Below are positions 30,933 through 41,500 of a stretch of DNA of 64,000 nucleotides, one piece after another. The translations under genes and the position numbers were made by a program. This DNA is from a virus (Duplodnaviria > Caudoviricetes): the IMG/VR virus record IMGVR_UViG_3300031992_000021, positions 64,001 through 128,000 of that record. The stretch is one strand, 5' to 3'. Each line of letters opens with the position of its first letter. Position 1 is the first letter of the stretch. The notes beneath the pieces are model-generated. The model was not told where the DNA came from and did no database searches. It was given only the letters and a program-made list of their open reading frames with translations.

Positions 30933-31038
30933 TTTGACTCCTTTGTTTGTTAGTCGATTTTTCCGTTTTTCTTGCCTGCGCCTTCGGTCGCCGGCTTGTA
31001 CATCGCGTACTTTTCGGCTAACTTGGCTGACACAGGTA

Positions 31039-31067
31039 ATAATACAATATTCTTCATTTCATGTCAA
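31039..31067 (-). promoter_or_regulatory. Sigma70-type promoter for the scaffold-capsid operon
   Basis: TTGACA-17-TATTAT with TG immediately upstream of the -10. Confidence 0.75.
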
Positions 31068-31074
31068 AGCCCCG

Positions 31075-31614
31075 TCAGTGCAGCTGAGCTTTGATCTGCT
31101 CAAGGCTCTTCGTGTGCTCGTTCGCCTTGTTGCGGTTCGAGCTGGCCATTCCATGAAGCGCGGCAGAAAGCCCAAGGCTTCCAAGTCCGAGAATCCCGCC
31201 CTTCAACGCAAGTCTTTTTCCCTGGAGCTTAGGGGCGACTTTGGGACGAGGAACGATCGCAGAGAAACGAGGTTCGGTAGCGGTCAAGGCACCAGTAGGC
31301 TCCATCTTCACAAGACTACGAGTTGGAAGTCCTGCGTACGGCTTTCCCGGAGCGTAGACATGTTTCACGCCGGCAGGAGCGATTGACGGCCCCTTGTCGA
31401 GCATCTGCTTGACGCCTTTCAGCGTCATGGCGCCGCCTGCTGCTCCTCCTCCGACACCGACCATCTTGCCCCAGCCGGACAGGCTGTCGGCAGATTCGGC
31501 ACGGCTCTTGGCGTAGTCGCCATGAGCCTTGGCCTGTCCTTCTAGGAAGGCCTTCTGCTCCTCGCTGGACTGGGCAATCTTTTCGAGCGCCCTGATCCTG
31601 TCTTCGTTTGTCAT
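31075..31614 (-). CDS. Gly-rich internal head protein (paralog 2)
   Basis: Begins MTNEDRIRALEKIA; two Gly-rich hydrophobic segments. Confidence 0.65.
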   Translation of the reverse strand: MTNEDRIRALEKIAQSSEEQKAFLEGQAKAHGDYAKSRAESADSLSGWGKMVGVGGGAAGGAMTLKGVKQMLDKGPSIAPAGVKHVYAPGKPYAGLPTRSLVKMEPTGALTATEPRFSAIVPRPKVAPKLQGKRLALKGGILGLGSLGLSAALHGMASSNRNKANEHTKSLEQIKAQLH

Positions 31615-31616
31615 TC

Positions 31617-32066
31617 TTACCTCAACTTTCCTTTTATTCCGTTGAAATAGTTCACCCAGTTCTCGGTGGCCTTTGCCTTTTCTCCGACCTGGGCCGCCTC
31701 GGCGCTTGTGGCATGATGCTTGTCATACATCTTCTTGCCTCCGTACATAAGTCCTGCGCCAACAAGTCCTGCAATCCCGGCCTTGCCGGCTATCCTCATC
31801 CTGCCAACCCCGGCAGGAGGCCGCGCAAGACCGACCAGGCCCTTCGCGGCATATCCACCACCGGCCGCGCCAAGGCCCATGCCTGCGATGCCGATTGTCT
31901 TCTGCTGGTTTGCCTTGTCCTGCAAGGCCTTCTGCTGGCCACGCAAAGCCTGGCTATGAGCGGCAACCACGTCCGACGCCTCGTCGTTCGTGATTCGCTC
32001 AGACCCGGCCCATCCGTTGTAGCCTGCAATCTTCTCGAGTGACCTGATCCTGTCTTCGTTTGTCAT
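31617..32066 (-). CDS. Gly-rich internal head protein (paralog 1)
   Basis: Begins MTNEDRIRSLEKIA; glycine zippers. Confidence 0.65.
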   Translation of the reverse strand: MTNEDRIRSLEKIAGYNGWAGSERITNDEASDVVAAHSQALRGQQKALQDKANQQKTIGIAGMGLGAAGGGYAAKGLVGLARPPAGVGRMRIAGKAGIAGLVGAGLMYGGKKMYDKHHATSAEAAQVGEKAKATENWVNYFNGIKGKLR

Positions 32067-32078
32067 TGCAATCTCCTT

Positions 32079-34625
32079 TTACTGCCTTTTCACCAAATCC
32101 TGAGCCGCGGAAACGAACACCACGTCGTCCTCGTTCAGAAAGCCACCAGACTTTCCGTCCATGACCGCGCACAGTGCGGCGATCTTGTACATGGCATACT
32201 TTTTGGCAAGCTTGTTCGCAACGGCCTGATCGACCGTTTCCGCAGTCTTCTCCGAGTTCGAGAACGAAGGTTCGCTTCCTGAAGCCACAACCTCCAGGAT
32301 CCTGGTAACGGCATCGACGGTTCCGAATCCCATCGCCGCGGCAGACTTGGACATCGACTCCATCAGACCGAACGGAACAGGCCTCGACAGCATCCCTGCC
32401 GCCGCATCGAACCTCGAGCAGTTGCAGAACTCGGCGCACGAAGAAGCGTCTACCGCTTCTCTGATTACCGCGGAAGCCGCTTTTTCGACCGCAGGAAGGT
32501 ACTTTTCGACGACATTGAAGTCTGGCCCGAAGGCATACTTGAAGAACGACGGGGCGTCCATCACGATGCCGGCGTCCCCAAGGGCGGCAAACGCGCACGA
32601 CGGATCCAGTTCCCGCAGAGACATGAGCACGGAGTCGTCAAGACGTGCGCCGGCGAGCTTCCTGAGCTCGAACGTGTAGCAATCCCTGCCGGCAGGCTTC
32701 GTCTCGCCAGACAGCCAGGATTCGCACTTTGAGTAGGCATCGGCGAGCTTCCTCATGATGTCGAACTTGCGCTTGGCGGAATCGGACTCGATGGCTATGT
32801 CGTCCGGAAGAGTGTACCCCTCTATCTCCGCCTGCTTGACGGAGCTGTTTATCGTGAGATCGTCAGGCATTGCCGAGGCGACCTTGAGGTTCCAGGCTAT
32901 GCGGTCGGCAGGACGACCGACGAAGGAGATGTCAAACCACCTTGGCTGGTCGTTGAACGTGCCGATCTGCGTTCCGTCCTCGGCTATCTTGCCGAGATTC
33001 CACTTGATGTGCTCGCACTCGCTCTTGTCTCCGGGCTTTTCGCGTATGGCGTTGCAAACGGAGCAACGGTCGTTAGGAACCGTGCAGTTGTGGACAGCAA
33101 GTCCAAACACCGTGTATGATTCATCATCATCTACACTGATGTTGTAGACCTTTGTGCTTTTTTTCACAGTCTTTACTTCAGACACCGGAACAAAAAGGTA
33201 TCCTCCGGACTTGAACGTACGCATCTTTGAAAGTCCGCATACGGATATCTCCTTTGCCTTGCTGATGTCAGAAAACAGATCGGAGTTTTCGTTGCTGACA
33301 GAAACAACGTACTCTACAGGGTCTTTCGACCTTATGGAACCACGCTTCTCGCCATGCTTTATGACGGAACACGACGATGGAACACCAACAGAAGCAAGTA
33401 ACACCTGTAAATCGTTGGCAAGCGTCTTGGAGCTTATGCTCCAGTGCATACCACTATTGTCCTGCCATCCGTCTCCGTTGAACCAAGCGGCTGCAAAATT
33501 GAACTTTTCCTCTATGCTTCCAGTCCTCACTGACATAGGAATGCGCTTGTTCTCGCATCTCTTACCGCAAGATTTCTCTATGTCATTGCGTATGGAAGTT
33601 CCGTAACACCTCAACACGACGCATTTATCAGGGGAAAGTCGATGAGGCTTCTTGGAAACTGAAGTCCAGTTGGCCAGCTTTTCGATCTCGTCCACGAAGC
33701 AATCGTTCACATTGCACGTAATCTGGGTGCATCCTGCGGAAAGACTTCCTTCAGCCATGTAGTATCCGTACAATCTGGCAGTCTGGATTCCTATTCCACC
33801 GCATGAATTTTCCCACATCGGTACGCACATGTAGTGCTTGTCGGTGAGATCCCCAGCTGGAATCCACTTGAGATACTTGTGAAGTTCTTCACGATGGCGC
33901 CGGCGCCACTTCTTTCCGGGATGGTCTACACGGTCTTTTCTGTATGCACGCGGAATGTCGTCGAAAGACGCGGCAAAAACCGAATGGTTCGGAGTGATTT
34001 CGAGCGTACGATTACCCCATGAGATGAACGAGACCTCGCGATACTCGTCTACATCACGAGACATTGTAGCATTCACACGCTTCCACTTTCCAAGATGCGT
34101 AAGAACCGTATCTCCAACCTTTATTTCCTCGATAGGACGATATCCGTCTATAGAAAGAATTGGAGTGCCGGCACGTACGCAAGCCATGCTGAACGGCACC
34201 TCGCCGGTCTTCTCGAGTCGTTCGAGATGGTCGTGGGCCTTCTCGTTGTCCGCCCAGATGTACAGTTCGATGCGGTGCATCTGCGGATTGTAGGCGGCCG
34301 CCTTGATCTGCCCGATGGCCTTTTTCGGATCCTTGTTCCGGTGATGCTGAAACACGTGCCCGTGCTTTACGAAGGTGTCGTAGTACTTCTGGCAGGCCTC
34401 TTTCGAGAAGAGGTCTCCGTTGCGGTTCATGGGATAAGCCTCGGAGTCTCCGAGGGCAACGAGGTGGATGCCGGTCATGCCCTTGGGTGGCTTCAGGGCG
34501 TCGTAGTCCATCTTGAAGATGGTAGACGCCTGCTTTCCGAGTTCGGAAGCAGACTTGACGATCTCGCCGCCAACTCCTACCGTGGAGCTGATGTCAGAGG
34601 AATATGTGACCTTGATCATCGACAT
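32079..34625 (-). CDS. Prohead maturation protease (HK97/assemblin-like) with intein
   Basis: NRNGDLF, VFQHH (His), PFSMAC (Ser) and FDISFVGRPAD motifs; intein at residues 149-513. Confidence 0.85.
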   Translation of the reverse strand: MSMIKVTYSSDISSTVGVGGEIVKSASELGKQASTIFKMDYDALKPPKGMTGIHLVALGDSEAYPMNRNGDLFSKEACQKYYDTFVKHGHVFQHHRNKDPKKAIGQIKAAAYNPQMHRIELYIWADNEKAHDHLERLEKTGEVPFSMACVRAGTPILSIDGYRPIEEIKVGDTVLTHLGKWKRVNATMSRDVDEYREVSFISWGNRTLEITPNHSVFAASFDDIPRAYRKDRVDHPGKKWRRRHREELHKYLKWIPAGDLTDKHYMCVPMWENSCGGIGIQTARLYGYYMAEGSLSAGCTQITCNVNDCFVDEIEKLANWTSVSKKPHRLSPDKCVVLRCYGTSIRNDIEKSCGKRCENKRIPMSVRTGSIEEKFNFAAAWFNGDGWQDNSGMHWSISSKTLANDLQVLLASVGVPSSCSVIKHGEKRGSIRSKDPVEYVVSVSNENSDLFSDISKAKEISVCGLSKMRTFKSGGYLFVPVSEVKTVKKSTKVYNISVDDDESYTVFGLAVHNCTVPNDRCSVCNAIREKPGDKSECEHIKWNLGKIAEDGTQIGTFNDQPRWFDISFVGRPADRIAWNLKVASAMPDDLTINSSVKQAEIEGYTLPDDIAIESDSAKRKFDIMRKLADAYSKCESWLSGETKPAGRDCYTFELRKLAGARLDDSVLMSLRELDPSCAFAALGDAGIVMDAPSFFKYAFGPDFNVVEKYLPAVEKAASAVIREAVDASSCAEFCNCSRFDAAAGMLSRPVPFGLMESMSKSAAAMGFGTVDAVTRILEVVASGSEPSFSNSEKTAETVDQAVANKLAKKYAMYKIAALCAVMDGKSGGFLNEDDVVFVSAAQDLVKRQ
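33087..34181 (-). mobile_element. Intein with LAGLIDADG homing endonuclease (365 aa)
   Basis: Starts CVRAGTPI; block B ITPNHSVF; LYGYYMAEGS and FAAAWFNGDG endonuclease motifs; ends VYNISV...AVHN followed by +1 Cys; AT-richer than the host gene. Confidence 0.92.
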
Positions 34626-34628
34626 GGC

Positions 34629-35564
34629 TTATTCTCCACGAAGACGAGCGGCCTCCGCCCTGTTCTTCTCGGCAGCATTGCCAAGACCGTATCCGAGCGC
34701 CGCGAGTGCGGCGGCTCCGGTAAGACCGCCTATGGTCTTCCCCTTGGCCCACGCCTTTGACCTCCTTGCCACCTCCTGCAGCTTGCCGTACTCGTCCAGC
34801 GAAGCCTTCAGCTTCGCACCGTTCACGGCGCTCGCATGAGGGGTCTGCATGTTTTTTGCGAAACTGCCGAGATTCCTCATCTCTGCCATGTCGGCAGCAG
34901 CTCCGGCGGCATCTGAGACCGGCCTTGCGTTGAATCTGCCGATAATCTTTCCCATCCGGTGCTCTGCCATCCTTGCCGCAGCGGCACCCGCTCCTCCAGA
35001 AGTGGCGCCTTCAATGCCCCTTATCTCCGCTTCGACCTTTGGCAGCTTCCTCTGTGCGGCGGATATCCGATACCAGTCCTTTGCGCTTCTTGCGCCAAGA
35101 TAACCAGATCCAAGTCCTCCAAGATAAGATCCCCAGGAACCAGCTTCCTGGACCCCTGCGGTGTCTGCCTTGTCCTGACCGGCAGCGTCTGCATCGTAGA
35201 ACCTTACCGGACCTGCTGCCGTCTGCGCAGACTTCCCGAGACCCTTGCCGAGATTGTATCCGGCGTATGCGCCTGCGGCGCCGGCACCTATAGGGGCAAG
35301 AACGCGGATAAGTTTCATCCATGGAGATTCCTTGCGCTTCTCCTCCTCGCTCTTTTCGAGAATGGAAGAAACGATGGCATGAGCCAGAAGGCCGCCGCCG
35401 CCGGCGAACGCCCAGTTGGACCAGTCTTTCGACAGGTCTCCTCCGGACGTACTGTTCGGAAGCTTCATTCCAGACTTGTAGTCCACAAGTTCAGCTCCGG
35501 ACGGAAGTTCGCTGACGACTTCCCCGGTCGCGCTGTTTACGTACCTTTTCGCTGCTTTTTCCAT
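34629..35564 (-). CDS. Gly/Ala-rich internal/ejection-like virion protein (start MEKAAKR)
   Basis: Several Gly-rich hydrophobic helices and K-x-A motifs. Confidence 0.6.
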   Translation of the reverse strand: MEKAAKRYVNSATGEVVSELPSGAELVDYKSGMKLPNSTSGGDLSKDWSNWAFAGGGGLLAHAIVSSILEKSEEEKRKESPWMKLIRVLAPIGAGAAGAYAGYNLGKGLGKSAQTAAGPVRFYDADAAGQDKADTAGVQEAGSWGSYLGGLGSGYLGARSAKDWYRISAAQRKLPKVEAEIRGIEGATSGGAGAAAARMAEHRMGKIIGRFNARPVSDAAGAAADMAEMRNLGSFAKNMQTPHASAVNGAKLKASLDEYGKLQEVARRSKAWAKGKTIGGLTGAAALAALGYGLGNAAEKNRAEAARLRGE

Positions 35565-35575
35565 TGAAGATCCTT

Positions 35576-35947
35576 TCATATCTCAATTACCTCCTCAGTA
35601 GGAAGCGTTGCGCCTTTCGTGCGAAGTTCGGTCACTACCGTCTGAAGCCTCTGGATGACCTTCTCCTTCCACGCTATTCCGACTGCGACGGCCTCTTCGT
35701 AGGAGCCATAGTCCCTGGAGTCGAATCCCCTGCTGTACGGGAATCCGTGCAGCACGCGAATGAACTCGCTGCCGAAGGTCTTGGACTTTGTCTCGGATTC
35801 GTGGACATACTGGATTTCTCCGCCAACGTCGACCTCGGGCTCGCCAAACCTCTCCATGAGTTCGATGTCGCCCTGGCTCCAGTCCTCCGTTGAGACAAGA
35901 ATGCGGTATACCGCATTGTCCATATCCCTGAAAATACGTATCTTCAT
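35576..35947 (-). CDS. Hypothetical head-module protein
   Basis: 123-aa ORF closely packed with its neighbours. Confidence 0.6.
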   Translation of the reverse strand: MKIRIFRDMDNAVYRILVSTEDWSQGDIELMERFGEPEVDVGGEIQYVHESETKSKTFGSEFIRVLHGFPYSRGFDSRDYGSYEEAVAVGIAWKEKVIQRLQTVVTELRTKGATLPTEEVIEI

Positions 35948-35949
35948 GT

Positions 35950-37419
35950 TCAGACCCTATTGGAATCCTTTATGGAACTGTCGAGGCTTGTCAGGCGCTC
36001 GATGTTTGACATCGCGACGCCCCTGTCGACATCGGAAATCACCTTTGCGTCGGCAGGAGAGATTGCGATCGAGTTCACTGCGCTGCGCAGGAACGACCTT
36101 ACCTGTGCCTTGTCGAGAGACACGCGAGGAGAAGTCATCACCATCGCCTTGTACGTCTCCGCAACCTGGTTGGGGTCTGCATCCCTGATTATGGGATCGT
36201 TCGATAGAAGATCGGCAAGGATCATCGATCTCCTGACGTTGAGCAACACCTGGCGCTCGTTGGCTATTCCTTCGTTCCCGCCAAGCGCTCCGACGGCATC
36301 TGAGACCGAAGGTATCGGCATTGTGAGAACGGTGTTGGGAGCAGCCCCCTTTTCAATGTCCCCCGCAAGCTTCATTACCTCTTCCTCAGAGACACCTGTG
36401 TCCCTTATGAGGCTCGCAAGCTTCAGACAGAGGTTGGCATCAGGTATGGACTCTCCTGCGTCGGACTCCACTCTCTTCTCTGCACGCTTCTCCTTAGGAA
36501 TGCCATGAAACATGTCGGCAAGGCCGACATCGTTCTCCTTCCCCTTGAGTCCTACAGCCTCAAGCATCTCGTTTCTCGCTTCTGCGGCCTTGGAAAGGTA
36601 GAAGTCGCGCTTCTTCTCGTATTCCGCAACCATCGCGATGTTGCTCTCGATGGTCTCTGCGACCTTGAGCAGGTCGTCAACCAGCCCTGAGTCGAACACG
36701 TGCATCTTGGCGAACCTTCCGCCATCGGAATCTGCCACCTTGGTGCTGTACTCGGCGATGTTCTTCAAGGCGTTCTCGCTTGAGCAGGCGGCCTTGAACA
36801 TGTCGGCCATGTCGTCGCTTGCAAAAGGAGCCTCGATTGCCTTGGCGACCTTTATCGAGTCGCGCTCAACCTCAAGCCTCAGGTTCCTCACAACGTCATC
36901 TGCGGCGTCTGCGGCAGACTTGAGCTGTCCGATCTTCTCGTCGATGATCTTGTACAGGCTGCGCTGGGATACGTTAAGCTCATCGGGAATGCGCTCATTC
37001 TCTGCAGAAGCCGCCTTCATCATGGATGCGGCGCCGGATGCACGGGCTTCGATCGTCGGATTCGTCCTTGACGGGTTGGACCCGTAGAACGAGTAGTCGG
37101 CATCCGATTCCGCCGACGCCTTCTTCTGGGTTTGCTTCGAGCACCCGTCAACGAGAATCTTAGCAACAGCCTCCTTGCTGGCCAGCTCGCACGAACCTGT
37201 AGGATCGCTGGCGTCCTTCTCCTTGTTGAGAGCCGCAAGAGTATTGAACATCTCGACGAGACGTTCCGCCTGCTTTTCGTTGAAATCCCATGCTTCCGCG
37301 GCGCACGCCACGGCCATGTTTGCGCCCATGCCGCCGTTGTAGTCTGCGGCGGCAGTCTTGAGCGCTTTCATAAGCTTTTCTTTTATCATGGATCTTTTCT
37401 CCAACTCGTACGAATCCAC
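35950..37419 (-). CDS. Helical head-module protein rich in K-x-A motifs
   Basis: 489 aa, GTG start behind an extended -10; more than ten K-x-A motifs. Confidence 0.6.
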   Translation of the reverse strand: MDSYELEKRSMIKEKLMKALKTAAADYNGGMGANMAVACAAEAWDFNEKQAERLVEMFNTLAALNKEKDASDPTGSCELASKEAVAKILVDGCSKQTQKKASAESDADYSFYGSNPSRTNPTIEARASGAASMMKAASAENERIPDELNVSQRSLYKIIDEKIGQLKSAADAADDVVRNLRLEVERDSIKVAKAIEAPFASDDMADMFKAACSSENALKNIAEYSTKVADSDGGRFAKMHVFDSGLVDDLLKVAETIESNIAMVAEYEKKRDFYLSKAAEARNEMLEAVGLKGKENDVGLADMFHGIPKEKRAEKRVESDAGESIPDANLCLKLASLIRDTGVSEEEVMKLAGDIEKGAAPNTVLTMPIPSVSDAVGALGGNEGIANERQVLLNVRRSMILADLLSNDPIIRDADPNQVAETYKAMVMTSPRVSLDKAQVRSFLRSAVNSIAISPADAKVISDVDRGVAMSNIERLTSLDSSIKDSNRV

Positions 37420-37430
37420 TGTTTGCAGTA

Positions 37431-37439
37431 ATTATACCA
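37431..37439 (-). promoter_or_regulatory. Extended -10 promoter TGGTATAAT
   Basis: Exact motif ending 11 nt upstream of the GTG at 37419. Confidence 0.65.
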
Positions 37440-37455
37440 AATAGCTCACGCGATG

Positions 37456-38532
37456 TCAGTTGGCGGGGCCGTAAACCGAACTTACGGTGTTGGTCGGAGA
37501 TGCGTACTGCTCCCAAGAGGGAATTTCAGGACTGCTCCCCTTCCTCGCGGCCTCAAGCTCCTGTCTCGATTTCCACCAGTCCTTTGCGGCGTCGACAGCC
37601 TGCGGGCCTCCATACATGTGCCATCCGAGGGCATAGGACGGAACCTTGGAAGCCGCCCCTACCGTCCTTGGCGCCATCTTGCCGATCCTTGTGGCATTCG
37701 CCATCCTGCCTAAAGCTCCAACGCCTTTGGACAGGGCACCAATGCTCTTCACTCCGCCGGCGAGATTGAGTGCCATCTCCGAATATCCGGCGATGGTGTC
37801 CCCTGTCTGGAGATCGGCAATGCGCGGGTCGTTTGCCAGCGCCTCTCCGCGGCTCTGGAGATCCTCCATCCTCTTTACGAGCTCAGGATACCTTGGATCG
37901 CTCTCGGATATGTTACCGTCACCTACGTCCCTCTGAAAAGCCTTAAGGTCTGAATTGAACCTTTCGTGCTCATCAGCGAAGTCCTTTCCGTATGTTCTGG
38001 CCAGATATCCTGGACGTTCCGAATCTACGCGGCTCGTCGCGTAGTCCCTCCACGACCCAAGCGGGGTGAACCTATCCTGGAATTTGCGTACATTGTTCCC
38101 GGCATTCTCGGAAAACATGTCTACGACGCCAGGAACGAACTCGTTTGCCACATTTGAAAGGCTCTGTTCAAGCCTCGCATCGGCGTACGGAGCTTCCCTC
38201 CATCCGACCTTTGCGCCGGTCGAAATCCCCTTTCCTATGGACTTCAACGAATCCTTGAAACGTCCCCAATCGGTGAATGCCTTCCAGCCATGGTTCCTGT
38301 CAGCCTCGTTTGCGCCTGCGAAAGCACCTCCCAAAGCGCCAGGAACCGTCATGGCCGCTCTGGTGACATACTCATCAACCTCTGGAAACCCCCTGCTTGC
38401 AGAGTTGATGAACGCCTTGGCTCCCCTTGCGATGTTGTCCGCACCTTTTCGGTATACCTCAGGCTTGTATACAGGGGGCACGATGAGCTGCGCCTGCTTT
38501 ACAAGACGGTCTATCTCAGAAAGTACGCCCAT
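37456..38532 (-). CDS. Internal virion protein candidate
   Basis: N-terminal LVKQAQ and Gly-rich segments; abuts the RNAP gene. Confidence 0.55.
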   Translation of the reverse strand: MGVLSEIDRLVKQAQLIVPPVYKPEVYRKGADNIARGAKAFINSASRGFPEVDEYVTRAAMTVPGALGGAFAGANEADRNHGWKAFTDWGRFKDSLKSIGKGISTGAKVGWREAPYADARLEQSLSNVANEFVPGVVDMFSENAGNNVRKFQDRFTPLGSWRDYATSRVDSERPGYLARTYGKDFADEHERFNSDLKAFQRDVGDGNISESDPRYPELVKRMEDLQSRGEALANDPRIADLQTGDTIAGYSEMALNLAGGVKSIGALSKGVGALGRMANATRIGKMAPRTVGAASKVPSYALGWHMYGGPQAVDAAKDWWKSRQELEAARKGSSPEIPSWEQYASPTNTVSSVYGPAN

Positions 38533-41500
38533 TCAAGCCTCCTTTATCTCGATTGGATCGTTAGGACCGATCTCTCCGTTGCGGTATGCCGCCACGGCCT
38601 CTGCCTTGCTGTTGAAGTACCTCGTAGGCTTCCTGGTCCTGCCCCTTGTAAGAGCCCACAACCCTGAAATCTGCTCCTTCTCTGGCTTGTAGCGCATCGA
38701 CTTGAGATCGGTAAGGCTGAACAGGTTCTTGGACGGAAGCATCTTCTCCATGGCCTGGTTCGCGGCCTTCATGCTCGCCGGCACGTGGATGTTGACGGTA
38801 TCTCCGTCGTGGTCCATGTTGAATCCGCTGTCGATGAGCGGACAGACGTGGATCGAACGCCCCTTGACGATATGAGGCTTGAACGCCATGATATTGAACT
38901 TGTGCCACGTAGGCGCACGGTCCATGATAACCGGCCTTTCCTCCATTGCGTCGTCAAGGATGTGCCTTGCCGTGGCGTTCTTCTCCTCGATCATCTTCTT
39001 CGCTGTAAGAGGGGAATACCCTCTCTGGATGAGCTTGCGCTCAACGTGCGGCTTGTACATTTCCCAGGCCATTTCCTCAGGGATGCCGATCTGGTCCATG
39101 TCGAGGTTCTTGTCCGGGATGGTGACGGAACGACCGACGTTGTCCTGCGTCTTGGATATCACCTTGGACTGGTACATGCCGAACTTTGGTATCGTGCCGA
39201 TGACCTGGCGTATGGCCCCTTTCAGGTTCTTCGCCTGGCCTTCTGCCGTGATCGGATCACCAAGTCCGTAGGCCGCCTTTACGGCGCCGTACACCGCAAG
39301 GCGCTCGTCGGCGAGCGCAGATGCCGGAAGCTCCTTGGCAAGTGCCTCGTAGTTGCTCTTCATCTCGATGAGATCCTTGTAGAGCTCGTTCATGTCTGGA
39401 ACGAGCGCCACATCTCCCATTTTGGCGACGGGGCGGAACATGGGAGGAAGGACCGGGACCCTTGTGATCATCCAGTCTTCAGGCTTCTTCCCCATCTCCT
39501 TCGCGGCCTTCAGGTATCCGAGCACCTTTATGGCGTTGTCCCGCTGCGATCCCCTGCGGTTCTTTATCTCTGCCCTGGCGCGTTCGATGGAGTCGTCGAT
39601 GTCTATCTTGGAGAGAGCATCCTTGATGGCGTCTCCGCCGGTCTTGCCGTTGAGTTCCTCGCGCCCGGAGAGAACCGCCTCCATCTTCTTGGCCGTAAGA
39701 CCGAGTACTCGGCGTACAGGCTCCTCCATCATCGGGTTTGGAACCGCCTCCGGAAGCACGATCATGCTCCAGCGGTTGCCTCCCATGCCGCCGGTCTTTC
39801 CGAGATCGAACATTCCTCCCTTCACAGGCTGGAAATCGGAGTCGACCATCTGCGAGTTCTCAAGGACGCGCCCCTGTGCGAGCTCGTCGATATCCGCATC
39901 GGTCTGAGGCATTATCGACGTGACGTCGCCCTTCTCGACGACGTTCACGCCGCCGGCCTTTAGCGTATTGAGGAACTTCTTGTAGATGAACGGCACTCCA
40001 GGCTCTTCGACCGGCAACCCAAGACGGTAGCGGCGCCAGAACTCGTCGTTCATCTGGCCGCGGGTCGTCATCGAGTCCTTGATCACCTCTGTTGCTCCGT
40101 GCGACAGGAGGGCGAGGTTGTCGAATCCGGATATGCGCTTCGCTCCGTCTACGCCTCCCTTGGCCGGCTGCTCGTCCTGCGTATAGGCTCCGTCAACGCC
40201 GCGGGCGGAGTATTTCTTCTCGGCGAGGTGATGAAAAGCCTTTACGTACGAATATCCATCGCCTACATTGCGGATTGTACGTCCTGTCTGAGGATCGAAA
40301 ACATCTGCAGTCTCCTTAACGCCGGCGTCGGCCATCTGCTTCTCTGTCCACGCAAGCCATCCCTCAGGAGGAGGAAGCTGCGGTAGACGGATCTGCTTTC
40401 CGGTCTTCTTGGCGACCTTGGCGAGATTCATGAGCATCACCTGCCCAGGAGCGACACGGGAAAGGAACCCCATCGGGTTCATGAGCATGTCGTAAGGCTC
40501 GTTTGTGGTGGCGTCCCGCGGCATCTTGTCCATGGGAAGTATTCCGCCGACAACACCCTTGAGCCCCTGTTCCGGCGACAGCTTGTCACCAACCTTCACA
40601 GGCGGCTCGCTCTTCACGATGACCTTTACTCCATGTGCGCCGGCCACGACGTCGGTGACTACTCCAGGCCAGTCGTGCTCCCATTTCTGGGACTTGTCGG
40701 TAAGCGCATTCTTGAGAACGCTCGACAGCTTCCCGAGCTGGGCATCTTCGGCCGAGAGCATCTTAGGCCCGATCGCCAGAATCATGGGATCGTCTCGATG
40801 GAGGACCGTCCCAACCTTCACGACGCCATTTTCGTCTATAGTGTCGGACTGGGCCTTCGTGTAGGCTTTCGGGAACGCGGCAAGATACTTGTTCCGTGCC
40901 ACCTGAACGCCCTCTTTCGTGTCCTGCTCGAACCCGTAGAGCCTCGAAGTGGCGAGCTTCTTGGCCGCATCTTCGGATATCACGATTGCGTCTTCGTAGG
41001 AGGAAACGCCTGCAGGAGCGGGAAGGACCGCAACCTTTAGGTTACGCCCCATGTTCATCGCGCCGGTCTTGGCGTCGGTGAAGTTCGAGTTTGCGAGAAT
41101 CCCGCCCTCCTGAACCTCGTCTCCTTTCTTGACCTGCGAAAAGTACGTTATGCCGGTCATCCGGTTGAACGGAAGCCCTTGTACAAGACTGGACGTATGA
41201 GTCTGTCCGTCCTTGCCGCGAATGACGATCTCCTTGTCGTTGGCCTTGATGACAGTGCCGGCGAACGGAGCCGTAAGACATCCCACCTTGCGCCCGTAGA
41301 ACTCGCTGAAAGTAGCCTTTCCGTCGTCCATGAGGCTGTCCACCAGCGGTACTTCGCCCTCCTTCTGCGGAAGGTACTGCTCCCAGAACTTGGACATGTA
41401 GAACTGGCGCCCTGCCTGAACCGTTGAAGGCATCGGAGTCATGTTGATGCCGGCGGAAACAGTATTTCCGAATCCGGGAACCATGTAGTCGACCTCGTCA

